From Raja brachyura (Eukaryota), in NCBI GenBank assembly GCA_963514005.1, contig OY740807.1:11222001-11286000 (forward strand): DNA of 64,000 bases, read 5' to 3'. The notes under the pieces were generated by a model. The model had not been told where the DNA came from. It saw nothing but the letters and a program-made list of their open reading frames with translations, and ran no database searches. This document shows, piece by piece, positions 49,804 to 62,052 of the stretch; the first letter of the stretch is position 1; each line of letters begins with the position of its first letter. The translations under genes and the position numbers were made by a program.

Positions 49804-51925
49804 AACATAGAAACGTAGAAATTAGGTGCAGGAGTAGGCCATTCAGCCCTTCGAGCCTGCACCGCCATTCAATATGATCATGGCTGATCATCCAACTCAG
49901 TATCCCGTACCTGCCTTCTCTCCATACCCTCTGATCCCCTTAGCCACAAGGGCCACATCTAACTCCCTCTTAAATATAGCCAATGAACTGGCCTCAACTA
50001 CCCTCTGTGGCAGAGAGTTCCAGAGACCCACCACTCTCTGTGTGAAAAAAGTCCTTCTCATCTCAGTCCTAAAGGATTTCCCCCTTATCCTTAAGCTGTG
50101 ACCCCTTGTCCTGGACCTCCCCAACATCGGGAACAATCTACCTACATCTAGCCTGTCCAACCCCTTAAGAATCTTGTAAGTTTCTATAAGATCCCCTCTC
50201 AATCTCCTAAATTCTAGAGAGTATAAACCGAGTCTATGCAGTCTTTGTTCATAAGACAGTCCTGACATCCCAGGAATCAGTCTGGTGAACCTTCGCTGCA
50301 CTCCCTCTATGGCAATAATGTCCTTCCTCAGATTTGGAGACCAGAACTGTACGCAATACTCCAGGTGTGGCCTCACCAAGACCCTATACAACTGAAGTAG
50401 AACCTCCCTGCTCCTATACTCAAATCCTTTTGCTATGAAAGCTAACAGACCATTCGCTTTCTTCACTGCCTGCTGTACCTGCATGCCTACTTTCAATGAC
50501 TGGTGTACCATGACACCCAGGTCGCGCTGCATCTCCCCTTTTCCTAATCAGCCTCCATTTAGATAACAGTCTGTTTTCCTATTTTTGCCACCAAAGTGGA
50601 TAACCTCACATTTATCCACATTATACTGCATCTGCCAAACATTTGCCCACTCACCCAGCCTATCCAAGTCACCTTGAAGTCTCCTAGCATCCTCCTCACA
50701 GCTAACACTGCCCCCCAGCTTAGTGTCATCCGCAAACTTGGAGATATTGTCTTCAATTCCCTCATCCAGATCATTAATGTATATTGTAAATAGCTGGGGT
50801 CCCAGCACTGAGCCTTGCGGTACCCCACTAGTCACTGCCTGCCATTGTGAAATCGACCCGTTTACTCCTACTCTTTGCTTCCTGTTTGCCAGCCAGTTCT
50901 CTATCCACATCAATACTGAACCCCCAATGCCGTATGCTTTACGTTTATATACTAATCTCTTATGTGGGACTTTGTCGAAAGCCTTCTGGAAGTCCAGATA
51001 CACCACATCCACTGGTTCTCCCCCATCCACGCTACTAGTTACATTCTCGAAAAATTCCACAAGATTCGTCAGACATGATTTACCTTTCGTAAATCCATGC
51101 TGACTTTGTCCAATGATTTCACCACTTTCCAAATGTGCTGCTATCCCATCTTTAATAACTGACTCTAGCAGTTTCCCCACTACCGATGTTAGACTAACTG
51201 GTCTGTAATTCCCCGTTTTCTCTCTTCCCCCCCCCTTCTTAAAAGGAGGGGTTACGTTTGCTACCCGCCAATCCTCGGGAACTACTCCAGAATCTAAAGA
51301 TTTTGAAAGATTATCACTAATGCATCCACTATTTCCGGAGCTACTTCCTTAAGTACTCTGGGATGCAGCCTATCTGGCCCTGGGGATTTATCGGCCTTTA
51401 ATCCATTCAATTTACCCAACACCACTTCCCGACTAACCTGGATTTCACTCAAGTACTCCTTTGACCCTGCTATTTCCGGCAGATTATTTATGTCTTCCTT
51501 AGTGAAGACTGAACCAAAGTAGTTATTCAATTGGTCCGCCATATCCTTGTTCCCCATGATCAACTCCCCTGTTTCTGACTGCAAGGGACCTACATTTGTT
51601 TTAACTAATCTATTTCTCTTCACATATCTATAAAAACGTTTGCAGTCAGTTTTTATGTTCCCTGCCAGTTTTCTTTCATAATCTATTTTTCCCTTCCTAA
51701 TCAAGCCCTTTGTCCTTCTCTGCTGGTCTCTGAATTTCTCCCAGTCCTCTGGTATGCTGCTTTTTCTGGCTACTTTGTACGCATCATCCTTTGCTTTGAT
51801 ACTATCCCTGATTTCCCTTGTTATCCACGGACGCACTACCTTCCCTGATCTATCCTTTTGCCAAATTGGGATGAACAATTTTTGTAGTTCATCCGTGCAG
51901 TCTTTAAATGTCTTCCATTGCGTAT
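49804..51925 (-). mobile_element. Young 5'-truncated CR1 LINE, about 2.1 kb
   Basis: ORFs 51294-51878, 50548-51180 and 49897-50532 give [35 protein letters not shown] and FADDTK, with few lesions. Confidence 0.95.
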
Positions 51926-52562
51926 TCTAAGATCATTCATGTGCTGCACCCGTTGATCAGAGCCTGGCTCTACTGTGGAATGTAATTAGGAATGTAATTT
52001 AGCCTAATCTTATTCATAGCTAAACCAATTTAAAGCATGCATATTGCATTCAAGTGTAAGTTAAAAGACTCGCTACAGTATGCACCAAATTGCACAATTT
52101 CAAGCTGAAAAATGCGAAAGTTCCGTACCAATGGGAGGGGACACACCCCCCCCTCCCCCTCCGGTCACTATGCTCCCTCGGGCTTGGTCTCTTACAATTT
52201 CTCACTCCCAACTCTCACCCAACGTTGGCAGCCCTGCCATGCAGCACACCTTGAAACTGATTCACGGACAATAACTGCACGAGGCAATTGCCTTTATTCA
52301 CCTCAGTTGCCCTTGAGAAAGTGGAAATGAGGTGGAAGGAAAGGCCCTGGGAATCAGTCCACCGAGCACATATATTGCTGCTCAAAAGGCCAGAGTTAGA
52401 ATCCAGTGCAGATGATTCAGTGTGTCCTGTTGAGCACAACTTGTATTAGCTTCTAATTTAACCATTTGCACTCTGATAGTCAGTCCTTTGGAAGTTTAAT
52501 AATTCAATCCGATGTTATGACGTGAGAATTGGCACCCAAGCATTTTGTAATGTGACTATTTC

Positions 52563-52845
52563 TCGGTAGCACTGTGGCACAGCTGGCAGAGTTGCTGTCT
52601 CGGCGCCAGAGACCTGGGTTCGATCCTGATCTCAGGTTCTTGATGTTTGTAGTTCGCTCACTTTCCCTTTGACCGCGTGGCTTTCCTCTGTGTGCTCTGG
52701 TTTCCTCCCACATACCAAAGACACGCGGGTTTATAGGTTAATTGGCCTCCGTAAATTTTTCCTAGTGTTTGGGGAGTGGAGGCAAAAATGGGATAACATA
52801 GAACTGGCGTGGACTCGATGGGCAAAAAGATATTTTCCATGTTTT
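52563..52845 (+). mobile_element. V-SINE / HE1-like SINE
   Basis: GGTTCGATCC B-box and the V core GGTTTCCTCCCACA. Confidence 0.7.
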
Positions 52846-52909
52846 ATTATTCAATCATCAATTGGTCATTTATTCTCTCATAATCACTCAAATGGTATAT
52901 CTTCTACAG

Positions 52910-53086
52910 CCTGATTATTACACAACTGTAGGTACCATTGTGTACCTAAGGAAGGAAAACTGCATGTACCAGGCTTGCCCGACTGCAGATTGCAATAAAA
53001 AGGTTGTGGATCAACAGAATGGCCTTTACAGGTGTGAGAAGTGTGATCGTGAGTTCCCCAACTTCAAATATCGAATGATCTTGTCG
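52910..53086 (+). CDS. RPA1: RPA1 coding exon (exon 14 equivalent, DBD-C zinc ribbon), 177 nt
   Basis: [59 protein letters not shown], with all four zinc-binding cysteines; phase 0 at both ends. Confidence 0.98.
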
Positions 53087-53834
53087 GTAAGTATACTTTA
53101 AGAACATACTTTTTACCCTAGGTAAATAACTTAATTCTTGCACAGGTAGACAACAAATGCTGGTGAAACTCAGCGGGTGAGGCAGCATCTATGGATAGAA
53201 GGAAATAGCATTGTTTCGGGTCGAGACCCTTCTTGCACGGCATCATTTTCTAAGCGAAACACAGTGTTGGAGGAACTCAGCGAATCAGAGAGAAGACAGG
53301 CTTTCTTCTCCCATTACAACCAGTGTGAAGAAGGGTCATGAATGAAAACAATGTCTGTCCATTCCCTCCACACATGCTGCCTGACCTGCTAAGTGCTTCC
53401 AGCACTTTGTTTTGCCAAGAATTTCAGCATCTGCAGTTCCAAGTGCGAGCATTTTCTAAGGTTCTGAATGCTTATAATTTGTACCAAGGTGATGAGTATA
53501 CAAAATTCAGACTAGCTGTACAAGAACCTCGCCGATTTAACTGTCAGCCTATTGCTACAGGATGGATGTGTCCTTTACACACAACTGTTAAACATTCTTG
53601 TAATTGCTGTATAATGTTTTGGACTGGAGAACCAGAGCTGAAAATTGGTGCAAGACTTTACAGTAACTGATGGGATCTTTGGCTTTTCTTTTAATGTCAT
53701 CCAGATTAATTAGAGATGTGGTAAAATTTTGAAATGGTATATAAAGCTTTCGTTTAACAATTTTTCCCAAGGAAATATTTAAAAATATAAAATAGCTTTT
53801 TAGATGTAAATCAGTCTCCAATTGTGTCCTGAAG

Positions 53835-53942
53835 GTAAATCTCGCAGATTTTGGAGAAAATCAATGGGTAACATGTTTCCAGGAAACAGGAGAGGCAATT
53901 CTTGGTCAGAATGCCAATTATCTCGGAGAATTGAAGGACAAG
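53835..53942 (+). CDS. RPA1: RPA1 coding exon (exon 15 equivalent), 108 nt
   Basis: [36 protein letters not shown] with acceptor cctgaag and donor AAG|gtgagt. Confidence 0.96.
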
Positions 53943-54899
53943 GTGAGTGTTTATTAGGTTTCTTAAATATATTTTAATTTTACTTTTTGTACAGGAGCAG
54001 CTGAATTTCTATTTTTCCTTTTTTTGGATTCTTTAACACTTCTTGCTTTTGAAGAAACGATCAACGCTGTTTTACACTAACTTTCCATTCCCAAGGCACT
54101 GAGTACCAGTGCTTAAAACTGAGCTCTTAGCTGAGAATATTTGCTTTTTAAAAACCACTATCGTTGAATGAGTGTTTTTGGCATTTCAAAGCTTTGTCCA
54201 CATTTGTTCCTGCAGGATTTAAAGGCTTCAAATGTGCTAATTTATTGAAACAATTGGTCCTGCACATGAAAATTCTGCAAATAATAGTAAGCTGGTGTGA
54301 TAATGCAGCATTTTAAGACAATGCGGAAATTCTCTTGTACGAAAGGTGGTCTACTTCACAAAGTTAAGGCAGTAATTCTTCCTGGGTCTTCTGGTTATTA
54401 CTTGAACATCCCTTGTTGTTGAACATTCCTCAACTAATTAACTCAACACCATTTTGCGCTCTCTCAGCGTATATTGGTTTTTTTGCTTCCTATCATTTGG
54501 TGCATTATTGGTTAAATTCTTTGACTCGTCAGATGCCATAGACATAGAGGGAAAATGCTGGTATTACTCAACGGCATACAGCATCAAAGAGAAAGGAGTT
54601 AATGATTTGAGTCGATGACAAATTGAGTCAATTTCATCCAAATGTGATAAATTGAACATATTTTATGATGCTAATGATAAATGATTTTATATCATTTCTG
54701 ATTTTTTTTCTGTCGGTAAGGAGTAGCCAGGGGCACAGATAAATATCTTGCTCGTGATCCCTGTGGCATGAACACCTGACAAATGGACGTCCTACATACA
54801 AATGAACTCCCATAATATTGTTCAATTCAAAAGTCCAATATATGTGCATGCCATTCTTATTGATAGCCCAAGTTTACTCTCCATTTTTAGTCATTCAAT

Positions 54900-55177
54900 T
54901 TAGCATTAAAGCGTGGAAACAGGCCCTTCAGCCTACTAGTCCACGCCGACCACCAATCACCCTGTACTCCTACACTCCTGGGACAATTTACAGAAGCCAA
55001 TGAACCTACATACCTGCAATGACTTTGGAATGTGAGAGGAAACCAGAGCACCTGGAGAAAACCACACTGTCACAGGAAGATCGTACAAACTCCGTACAGG
55101 CACCATCTGTGGTCGAGATCAATCCCAGGTCTCTAGTGCTATGAGGCAGCAACTATCGCTGCACCACAGTACCACCC
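54900..55177 (-). mobile_element. V-SINE / HE1-like SINE
   Basis: Similar to the other SINE copies in the window. Confidence 0.7.
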
Positions 55178-56056
55178 TAGTAGTTGTCCTTTCTCATCAA
55201 TCTTATGTACTTTTGGTTCATTACAATACTGTCAAGGTGTGGTTACCATATTGAGTGATTTATGGGTGAAAAATCAATTCATGGATATCTGTAAAAGCGG
55301 AATCCATTCGTTACCCAGGGAAGGAGTGTGCAGTCGGATCGTAAAGTGTCAGCCACTTTCTTTCTGGCTTACTTTCATCTCCTGGAAGCAGCCATCTCTA
55401 ATCTTCTAAGTCCATGAAACCGAACCATGGCACACCAGTGCAAGTAAAACAATATTTCCAGCCTAGTCTTTTAAGGCTCACTGTGTATACAAATGTGGAA
55501 GTGATGCCACAGTGGATATTGTCCCCTCTGTGAAATGGTGTTCATTCTTTGTACCTCCTTTTTCAACTAACACCATAAATGTCTGGAGCCCATTTCTCTT
55601 CCCGCTGAATTCTTAAAAGCGAATAGTAAATGAAAATGGAGCACTGATAAAAGGGCAGCCTTTAAAGAGTATATTCAAGGCAGTTCCATCAAAAGGTTCC
55701 CTGTCAACTTCTCTTTCCCTTTGACTAATCGGTATTGAACTTCTGGCACTTAGTTTCAGCTCTTATTTTTCTGGATTCTTACATTTTAACTTAGCATAGC
55801 TTGGGATTGAAATGAAGAGTAAATATTGTTCAAACTGTTGCAAAATCCCTGCACATATGTCCACTTCTGTTAAACATAAAAATGCTGGAGTAACTCAGTG
55901 GGTCAATCGGCATCTGTGAAGGGAATGGTTCGGTGGAGTATCAGATCTGAAGAAGGGTGATGATCCAAAACTGCCTCCATAGATGCAGCTTGACTTGCTC
56001 AACATTTTGTGTTTTGTTCGAGATTCCAGCATTGACACTTCCTTGTATCTTCACTT

Positions 56057-56350
56057 GTTTTAGTTTAGTTTGGAGATACATTGTGGAGATAGTTTAGTTT
56101 GGAGATACACTTCAACCTACCGATTCTGTGCCAACCAGCGATCCCTGCACGCTAACACTATCCTACGCATACTAGGGACAATTAACAATTTTTACCAAGC
56201 CAATTAACCTAAACCTGTACCTCCAAAGTGTGGGAGAAAACCCATGCAGGTCACGGGGCGAATGTACAAACTCTGTACAGACAGCACCCGTAGTCGGCAA
56301 TTAACCCGGGACTCTGACGCTGTAAGGTAGCAATTCTACCGCTGTGCCGC
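56057..56350 (-). mobile_element. V-SINE / HE1-like SINE with duplicated tail
   Basis: TAGTTTAGTTTGGAGATACA occurs twice, followed by the SINE body in reverse complement. Confidence 0.7.
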
Positions 56351-57215
56351 CCAACTTGTATTGTTATTTTTATGTGTACTGTCTATTTGTGATATTCCAC
56401 CCCCCACCTTGTGCCTTTTCATTTGGGTATAGAAAGAGACGTAAGAGGTCAGAAAAGATTCAAGAGGGGAAAACAGTTATTGATCTAAAGTTGGCAGTAG
56501 TCGACAGAGCTAAACTGGAAGTACATTTTATGTGGGCAAAGTTTTCCAGTTATATAACGCATTTCCTTCATTTATTTGAACAATTTGGAAAAAATATTCA
56601 GTAGTGTTTTCTGGCATTCATGCAAATAGTTGAATATTTTTTTAGCATGGTGGCATTACTGTGGAATAACGGGTGTCAGTGTGATCTTGAGTTATGGTTT
56701 CTGCATTCAGCGCTCATGCTCGTATAAATACAAAACCAACGAGGCAGAAATGACAAGGTAATAAATAAAACATAATTAAAGTGAAATATGATTGTAGTGG
56801 GTGCTGGAGAAGTATATCCAGCTGCTTGGTGATATTTTTCTGGTTTGGGGCTGGGGTTAGAGTCTTTATCACAATGCATTAAAAAATAACGAGGATAGCT
56901 GGCCCTTGTAGATTCCCACTGGTTTTTGAATCGATCGAGAGAGGATTTGCAAGATGTACCTGCTCTGTCATTTCCTGTCCCCTCTTTCCCAGTACTCGGG
57001 AGTCTGTGGAAGCATCCTCAACATATTCAAAGCTCATGGTGATGAAACTTAATCAACCTGCTCAAAATCTTGTAAAATATGGCTAATTTGGTTACCTTTC
57101 TGTCCAACATCCAGGATGCTATTTGTTATGTGAAGTTGCTTTTTTTTTTTGGGATCGTCAGCCTTTTGAACATTTCATGATTTAATTGTGCTATACTTTA
57201 AAAATGTCTCCACAG

Positions 57216-57302
57216 AATGAACAAGCCTTTGAAGAAATTTTCCAGAGTGCAAACTTCCGGTCCTACATCTGCAGAATCCGTGTCAAACTTGAAACCTACA
57301 AT
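57216..57302 (+). CDS. RPA1: RPA1 coding exon (exon 16 equivalent), 87 nt
   Basis: [29 protein letters not shown] with canonical sites; phase 0 at both ends. Confidence 0.97.
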
Positions 57303-58304
57303 GTAAGTGTCTTAATCTAGAGTAGGTTTTAAATAATATTGATTTTATTTTCGATAAGATGCACTATTGGCAGGGTAGTCTGTAATGAAAAATTAGCAGT
57401 AAAGGAGTCCTGTAATGCTAACGTCTGATGATTTAACTTCCCAGTTGAGTTTATAAACATTGTAAGACAAGACATGCAGAGATGATTGTGACACTGTATC
57501 GATTGGAATCAACTTAACAATAATTCATTAATTTTGTGCATCTGTTTCCAGGATGGAAATGTGGAAGACTAGAGGGTATAGCTTTCGGGGGGGGGGGGGG
57601 TGGTTTAAAGGTGTACGGGGTAAGTTTTGTCTTATAGAGAGTGGTGAGTGCCTGGAATATGCTGCCATGGGTGTTGGTGGACTTGGATATGTTAGTGGCA
57701 TTTGGGTAGGTGCTTGGATATGGAAGGATTAGAATTATGCGCAGGCAGATGAGATTAGCTTAGCTTGGCATCATGTTCGGTACAGAGATTGTGGGTCAAA
57801 GAGCCTGTTCTAGGTTACATTTCTGCTTAATACCCCTAGTTCCACCGTTGGATATCATGGAGAGAGTGCATGCTCAACTCGACTCCATTGATTGTTCCTT
57901 TAAAGTCTAACACATAACAATTTCCCAAATTATTTGATCATCCCATTGCTAAGATCTTCTACAAGCCCTCTAAACCAAACTAGGTCTGTTCAATATTGTA
58001 ATTTTTACATTAATTCCCACTCACCAACAGCCAGTCTTTTTATCCCAGTTCTTATGTACTTCTGATTTTGTTGAAGATTACTCTGCAGGGTCACTCCATC
58101 ACTCATGTCTGATATCCTTTCACTTTTAACAAATAACTATTGGGGAAGTAAATGGAGACTGTGTTATTACTCAAGCCTGTTCCTCTATTCAAGTGTGAGT
58201 AGATTGATTGTCCATCTCACGTCCATTCTTCTGCCTTGTTGCGTTTAGAAATGCAGCATGACCCTTCCATGAGTCCACGACAAACCATCGATCACCCGTT
58301 CACA

Positions 58305-59866
58305 CTGGAGTAGTTCTGGAGTAGTTCCTGAGGATTGGCGGGTAGCAAACGTAACCCCTCTTTTTAAGAAGGGAGGGAGAGAGAAAACGGGGAATTACAG
58401 ACCAGTTAGTCTAACATCGGTAGTGGGGATACTGCTGGAATTCGTTTTTAAAGATGGGATAGCAGCACATTTGGAAAGTGGTGAAATCATTGGACAAAGT
58501 CAGCATGGATTTACGAAAGGCAAATCATGTCTGACGAATCTTGTGGAATTTTTCGAGGATGTAACTAGTAGCGTGGATAAGGGAGAACCTGTGGATGTGG
58601 TGTATCTGGACTTCCAGAAGGCTTTCGACGAGGTCCCACATAAGAGATTAGTATACAAACTTAAAGCATACGGCATTGGGGGTTCAGTATTGATGTGAAT
58701 AGAGAACTGGCTGGCAAACAGGAAGCAAAGAGTAGGAGTAAACGGGTCCTTTTCACAATGGCAGGCAGTGACTAGTGGGGTACCGCAAGGCTCAGTGCTG
58801 GGACCCCAGCTATTTACAATATACATTAATGATCTGGATGAGGGAATTGAAGGCAATATCTCCAAGTTTGTGGATGACACTAAGCTGGGGGGCAGTGTTA
58901 GCTGTGAGGGGGATGCTAGGAGACTGCAAGGTGACTTGGATAGGCTGGGTGAGTGGGCAAATGTTTGGCAGATGCAGTATAATGTGGATAAATGTGAGGT
59001 TATTCACTTTGGTGGCAAAAACAGGAAAGCAGACTATTATCTAAATGGTGGCCGATTAGGAAACGGGGAGATGCAGCGCGACCTGGGTGTCATGGTACAC
59101 CAGTCATTGAAAGTAGGCATGCAGGTGCAGCAGGCAGTGAAGAAAGCGAATGGTATGTTAGCTTTCATAGCAAAAGGATTTGAGTATAGGAGCTGGGAGG
59201 TTCTACTTCAGTTGTATTGGGTCTTGGTGAGACTACACCTGGAGTATTGCGTACAGTTCTGGTCTCCAAATCTGAGGAAGGACATTCTTGCCATAGAGGG
59301 AGTGCAGAGAAGGTTCACCAGACTGATTCCTGGGATGTCAGGACTGTCTTATGAAGAAAGACTGGATAGACTCGGTTTATACTCTCTAGAATTTAGGAGA
59401 TTGAGAGGGGATCTTATAGAAACTTACAAAATTCTTAAGGGGTTGGACAGGCTAGATGCAGGAAGATTGTTCCCGATGTTGGGGAGTTCCAGGACAAGGG
59501 GTCACAGCTTAAGGATAAGGGGGAAATCCTTTAGGACCGAGATGAGAAGGACTTTTTTCACACAGAGAGTGGTGGGTCTCAGGAACTCTCTGCCACAGAG
59601 GGTAGTTGAGGCCAGTTCATTGGCTATATTTAAGAGGGAGTTAGATGTGGCCCTTGTGGCTAAGGGGATTAGAGGGTATGGAGAGAAGGCAGGTACAGGA
59701 TACTGAGTTGGATGATCAGCCATGATCATATTGAATGGCGGTGCAGGCTCGAAGGGCCGAATGGCCTACTCCTGCACCTATTTTCTATGTTTCTATGTTT
59801 TCCCTTTAACCTTCTACATGCAAGAAAGAATTCTAAAATATAAAAAGCAGCAAATGTTTCTATGTT
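58305..59866 (+). mobile_element. Young 5'-truncated CR1 LINE, about 1.5 kb, inserted into a SINE
   Basis: ORFs 58423-58698 and 58768-59706 are near-identical to the minus copy at 49804-51925. The host SINE halves lie at about 58243-58304 and 59866-60112. Confidence 0.95.
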
Positions 59867-60944
59867 TCACACCAGTTCTACATTATCCCGCTTTCTCATC
59901 CGTTCCCTGCGCACTAGGGACAAGTTACAGAGGCCTACAATTAACCTACAAACCCACGCGTTTTTGAGAAGGGGGAAACCAGAGCACCCAGCGAAAACCC
60001 ACGCATTCGTGGAGAATGTACAAACTCCACACAGACAGCACCTGAGGTTAGGATTGACCCAGAGTCTATCGCTGTGAGACAGCAGCTCTACCAGCGGCAT
60101 CACTGTGCCGCCCTTATGAGAATTCCCATATCAGTAATTCCCTTGGTTTGCATGTACCCCATGCAGCATTCATAAATCTCCAGACAAAGGTTCATAATCC
60201 TCTGTGGTTTGAAAGCTGATCAAAATCCTAAATAGTTGAAACCTAGCTCTGAGTTTGCGCCCTCCTCCAGCAAGCGGATATGGCAGTGAGCATCAACTCT
60301 GTCAAGATGCTCAGAATCTCGAGACGATCATTCTTTGAAATTCCTCCCATTCCTCTCCCTTTCATAGTTTGTCGTGTTCGAAAAGGTAACTTCTGATATG
60401 ATGCGATTTGAAAAGACCGTTTTCAGCACAAGACATTAACTGTGGAAGTAGCTCTGAAAAGAAATCTTCACCATTGTGCAAATATTATTTTGCCAACTGC
60501 AGTTTCCACCACCTGCTGGGAAATCTATGCATCTGCTGGATTGCATTAACTTTGCTGGAGAGTCCTGCTGAATGTTTAGTGTCAGCAACTGTCCTTGAAA
60601 TTGCTGCTAGCATAAGTTAACCAAAAGACTGAGATGAATCTCAGTGAATCTTGAATGTTTAAAGGGAAGATGCGGTGAGCCCAGTAAGATCCGAGACTCT
60701 GAGCACAAGATCAGCTGTTTAGTGCTGAGAAATGTCTTCTGTCCCTTTAGCATTCAGGGCAGTAGTTACTCGATCATGAATATGTATAACTGCAATCAAA
60801 AGTATTGCCTAATATCAAGGGAATGGATTTTGGAAATGGAGCAGGAAAGAAGTGTTGAGATACAAGATCAACCATGTATAGTATAGGAGGCTCAAAATGC
60901 CTCCCTCTCCACTACCTTGGTCAAAAAGAAATGTAGGAAAATAG

Positions 60945-61038
60945 TCTAAAGAACGGTCTCGACCCGAAACGTCGCCTATTTCCTTTGCTCCATAGATGCT
61001 GTCTCACCCGCTGAGTTTCTCCAGCATTTTTGTCTACC
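60945..61038 (+). mobile_element. 94-bp PLE-derived insertion with a mutated hammerhead core
   Basis: Flanked by the 11-bp duplication TAGGAAAATAG. Confidence 0.8.
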
Positions 61039-61680
61039 TAGGAAAATAGACTTGTCATATTTGATCTCAAATATTGAGCAGTTGATTTAAAGGTTGAGAT
61101 TCTACAATCTGTTTTCCACTCTACCCTCAAACTTTTGTTTATGGCTTTTCCTCCTCATCTTTTATCTCCTCGCTATGTTTAATTGTATTGATTTTTCAAT
61201 CTTTGTGCGGTGTCTTTTTGCAGTCCATCTAGATGTTGCTGCCTCTTCCAGGTTTTGTTCTTGCTTGTTCTACTAACGATTTGTTTCATCTTGTGCTGCT
61301 CTCTGCATCCATGCCTACATTATCGCCACCAGTGTATCACCTCCAGGTTCCCGCCATTGGTCACAGGATAATATTTGGGCTTTTATCCTTGATTTATTCT
61401 TGTTTTGGATTTCGTTTTTTTCATCCTGTGTCCGTAATGTTAATCCATACCCAGGTTAAGGGACAGCTGGTAGCATAGTGAGCAGTCGAGCTAAGTCTCC
61501 ACTGTAATTGTGCTTTTCTCGTTTTATTGTGCCCCCAAGTGATCATCGTGGCATTAAAAGGCGCCACCATGGTGGACTATGAATTCCGCTCTAACTCCCA
61601 AAAGTTTATTGAATAGTTGCAAGCCAACAACATGCCTTTAATAACTACTGTGAAATATCACTTTCTCCAAGTGCACCAAA

Positions 61681-62052
61681 ACGGCACGGCGGTAGAGTTG
61701 CTGCCTTACAGCGGCAGAGGCCTAGAGTCGTTCCTGACTAGGGAGGCTCTGTGTGTAGTTTGCACGTTCTCCATGTTGCCACATGGGTTTTCTCCAGATG
61801 CTTCTGTTTCCTCCCATACTCCAAAGACGTGCAGATTTGTAGATAGACCCAAAAAGCTGGAGTAACTCAGCGGGAGCATCTCTGGAGAGAAGGAATGGGT
61901 GACGTTTTGGGTCGAGACCCTTCTTCAGAGCAGTAGGTTCCGTGGCTTCTGTAAATTGTCCCCAGTGTATAGGATGGAAATAGTGTACGGTGTGATTGCT
62001 GGTCGGCGCGGACTTGGTGCATCGAAGGGCCTGTGTCCGCGTGGTATCTCTA
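61681..62052 (+). mobile_element. V-SINE / HE1-like SINE interrupted by a minus-strand PLE-derived insertion (about 61841-61928)
   Basis: SINE head, core and tail are present. The insert carries GACGTTTTGGGTCGAGACCCTTCTTCAG. Confidence 0.72.

Larger units (their letters stand above)
46893..52236. mobile_element. Putative composite non-autonomous DNA transposon (superfamily unresolved) carrying captured sequence
   Basis: Perfect 13-bp TIRs CAGGGCTGCCAAC (46893) and GTTGGCAGCCCTG (52224-52236). Flanks TCATGCA and CCATGCA match at 6 of 7 positions; CTCTCAC repeats are subterminal. Two independent half-elements cannot be excluded. Confidence 0.6.
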
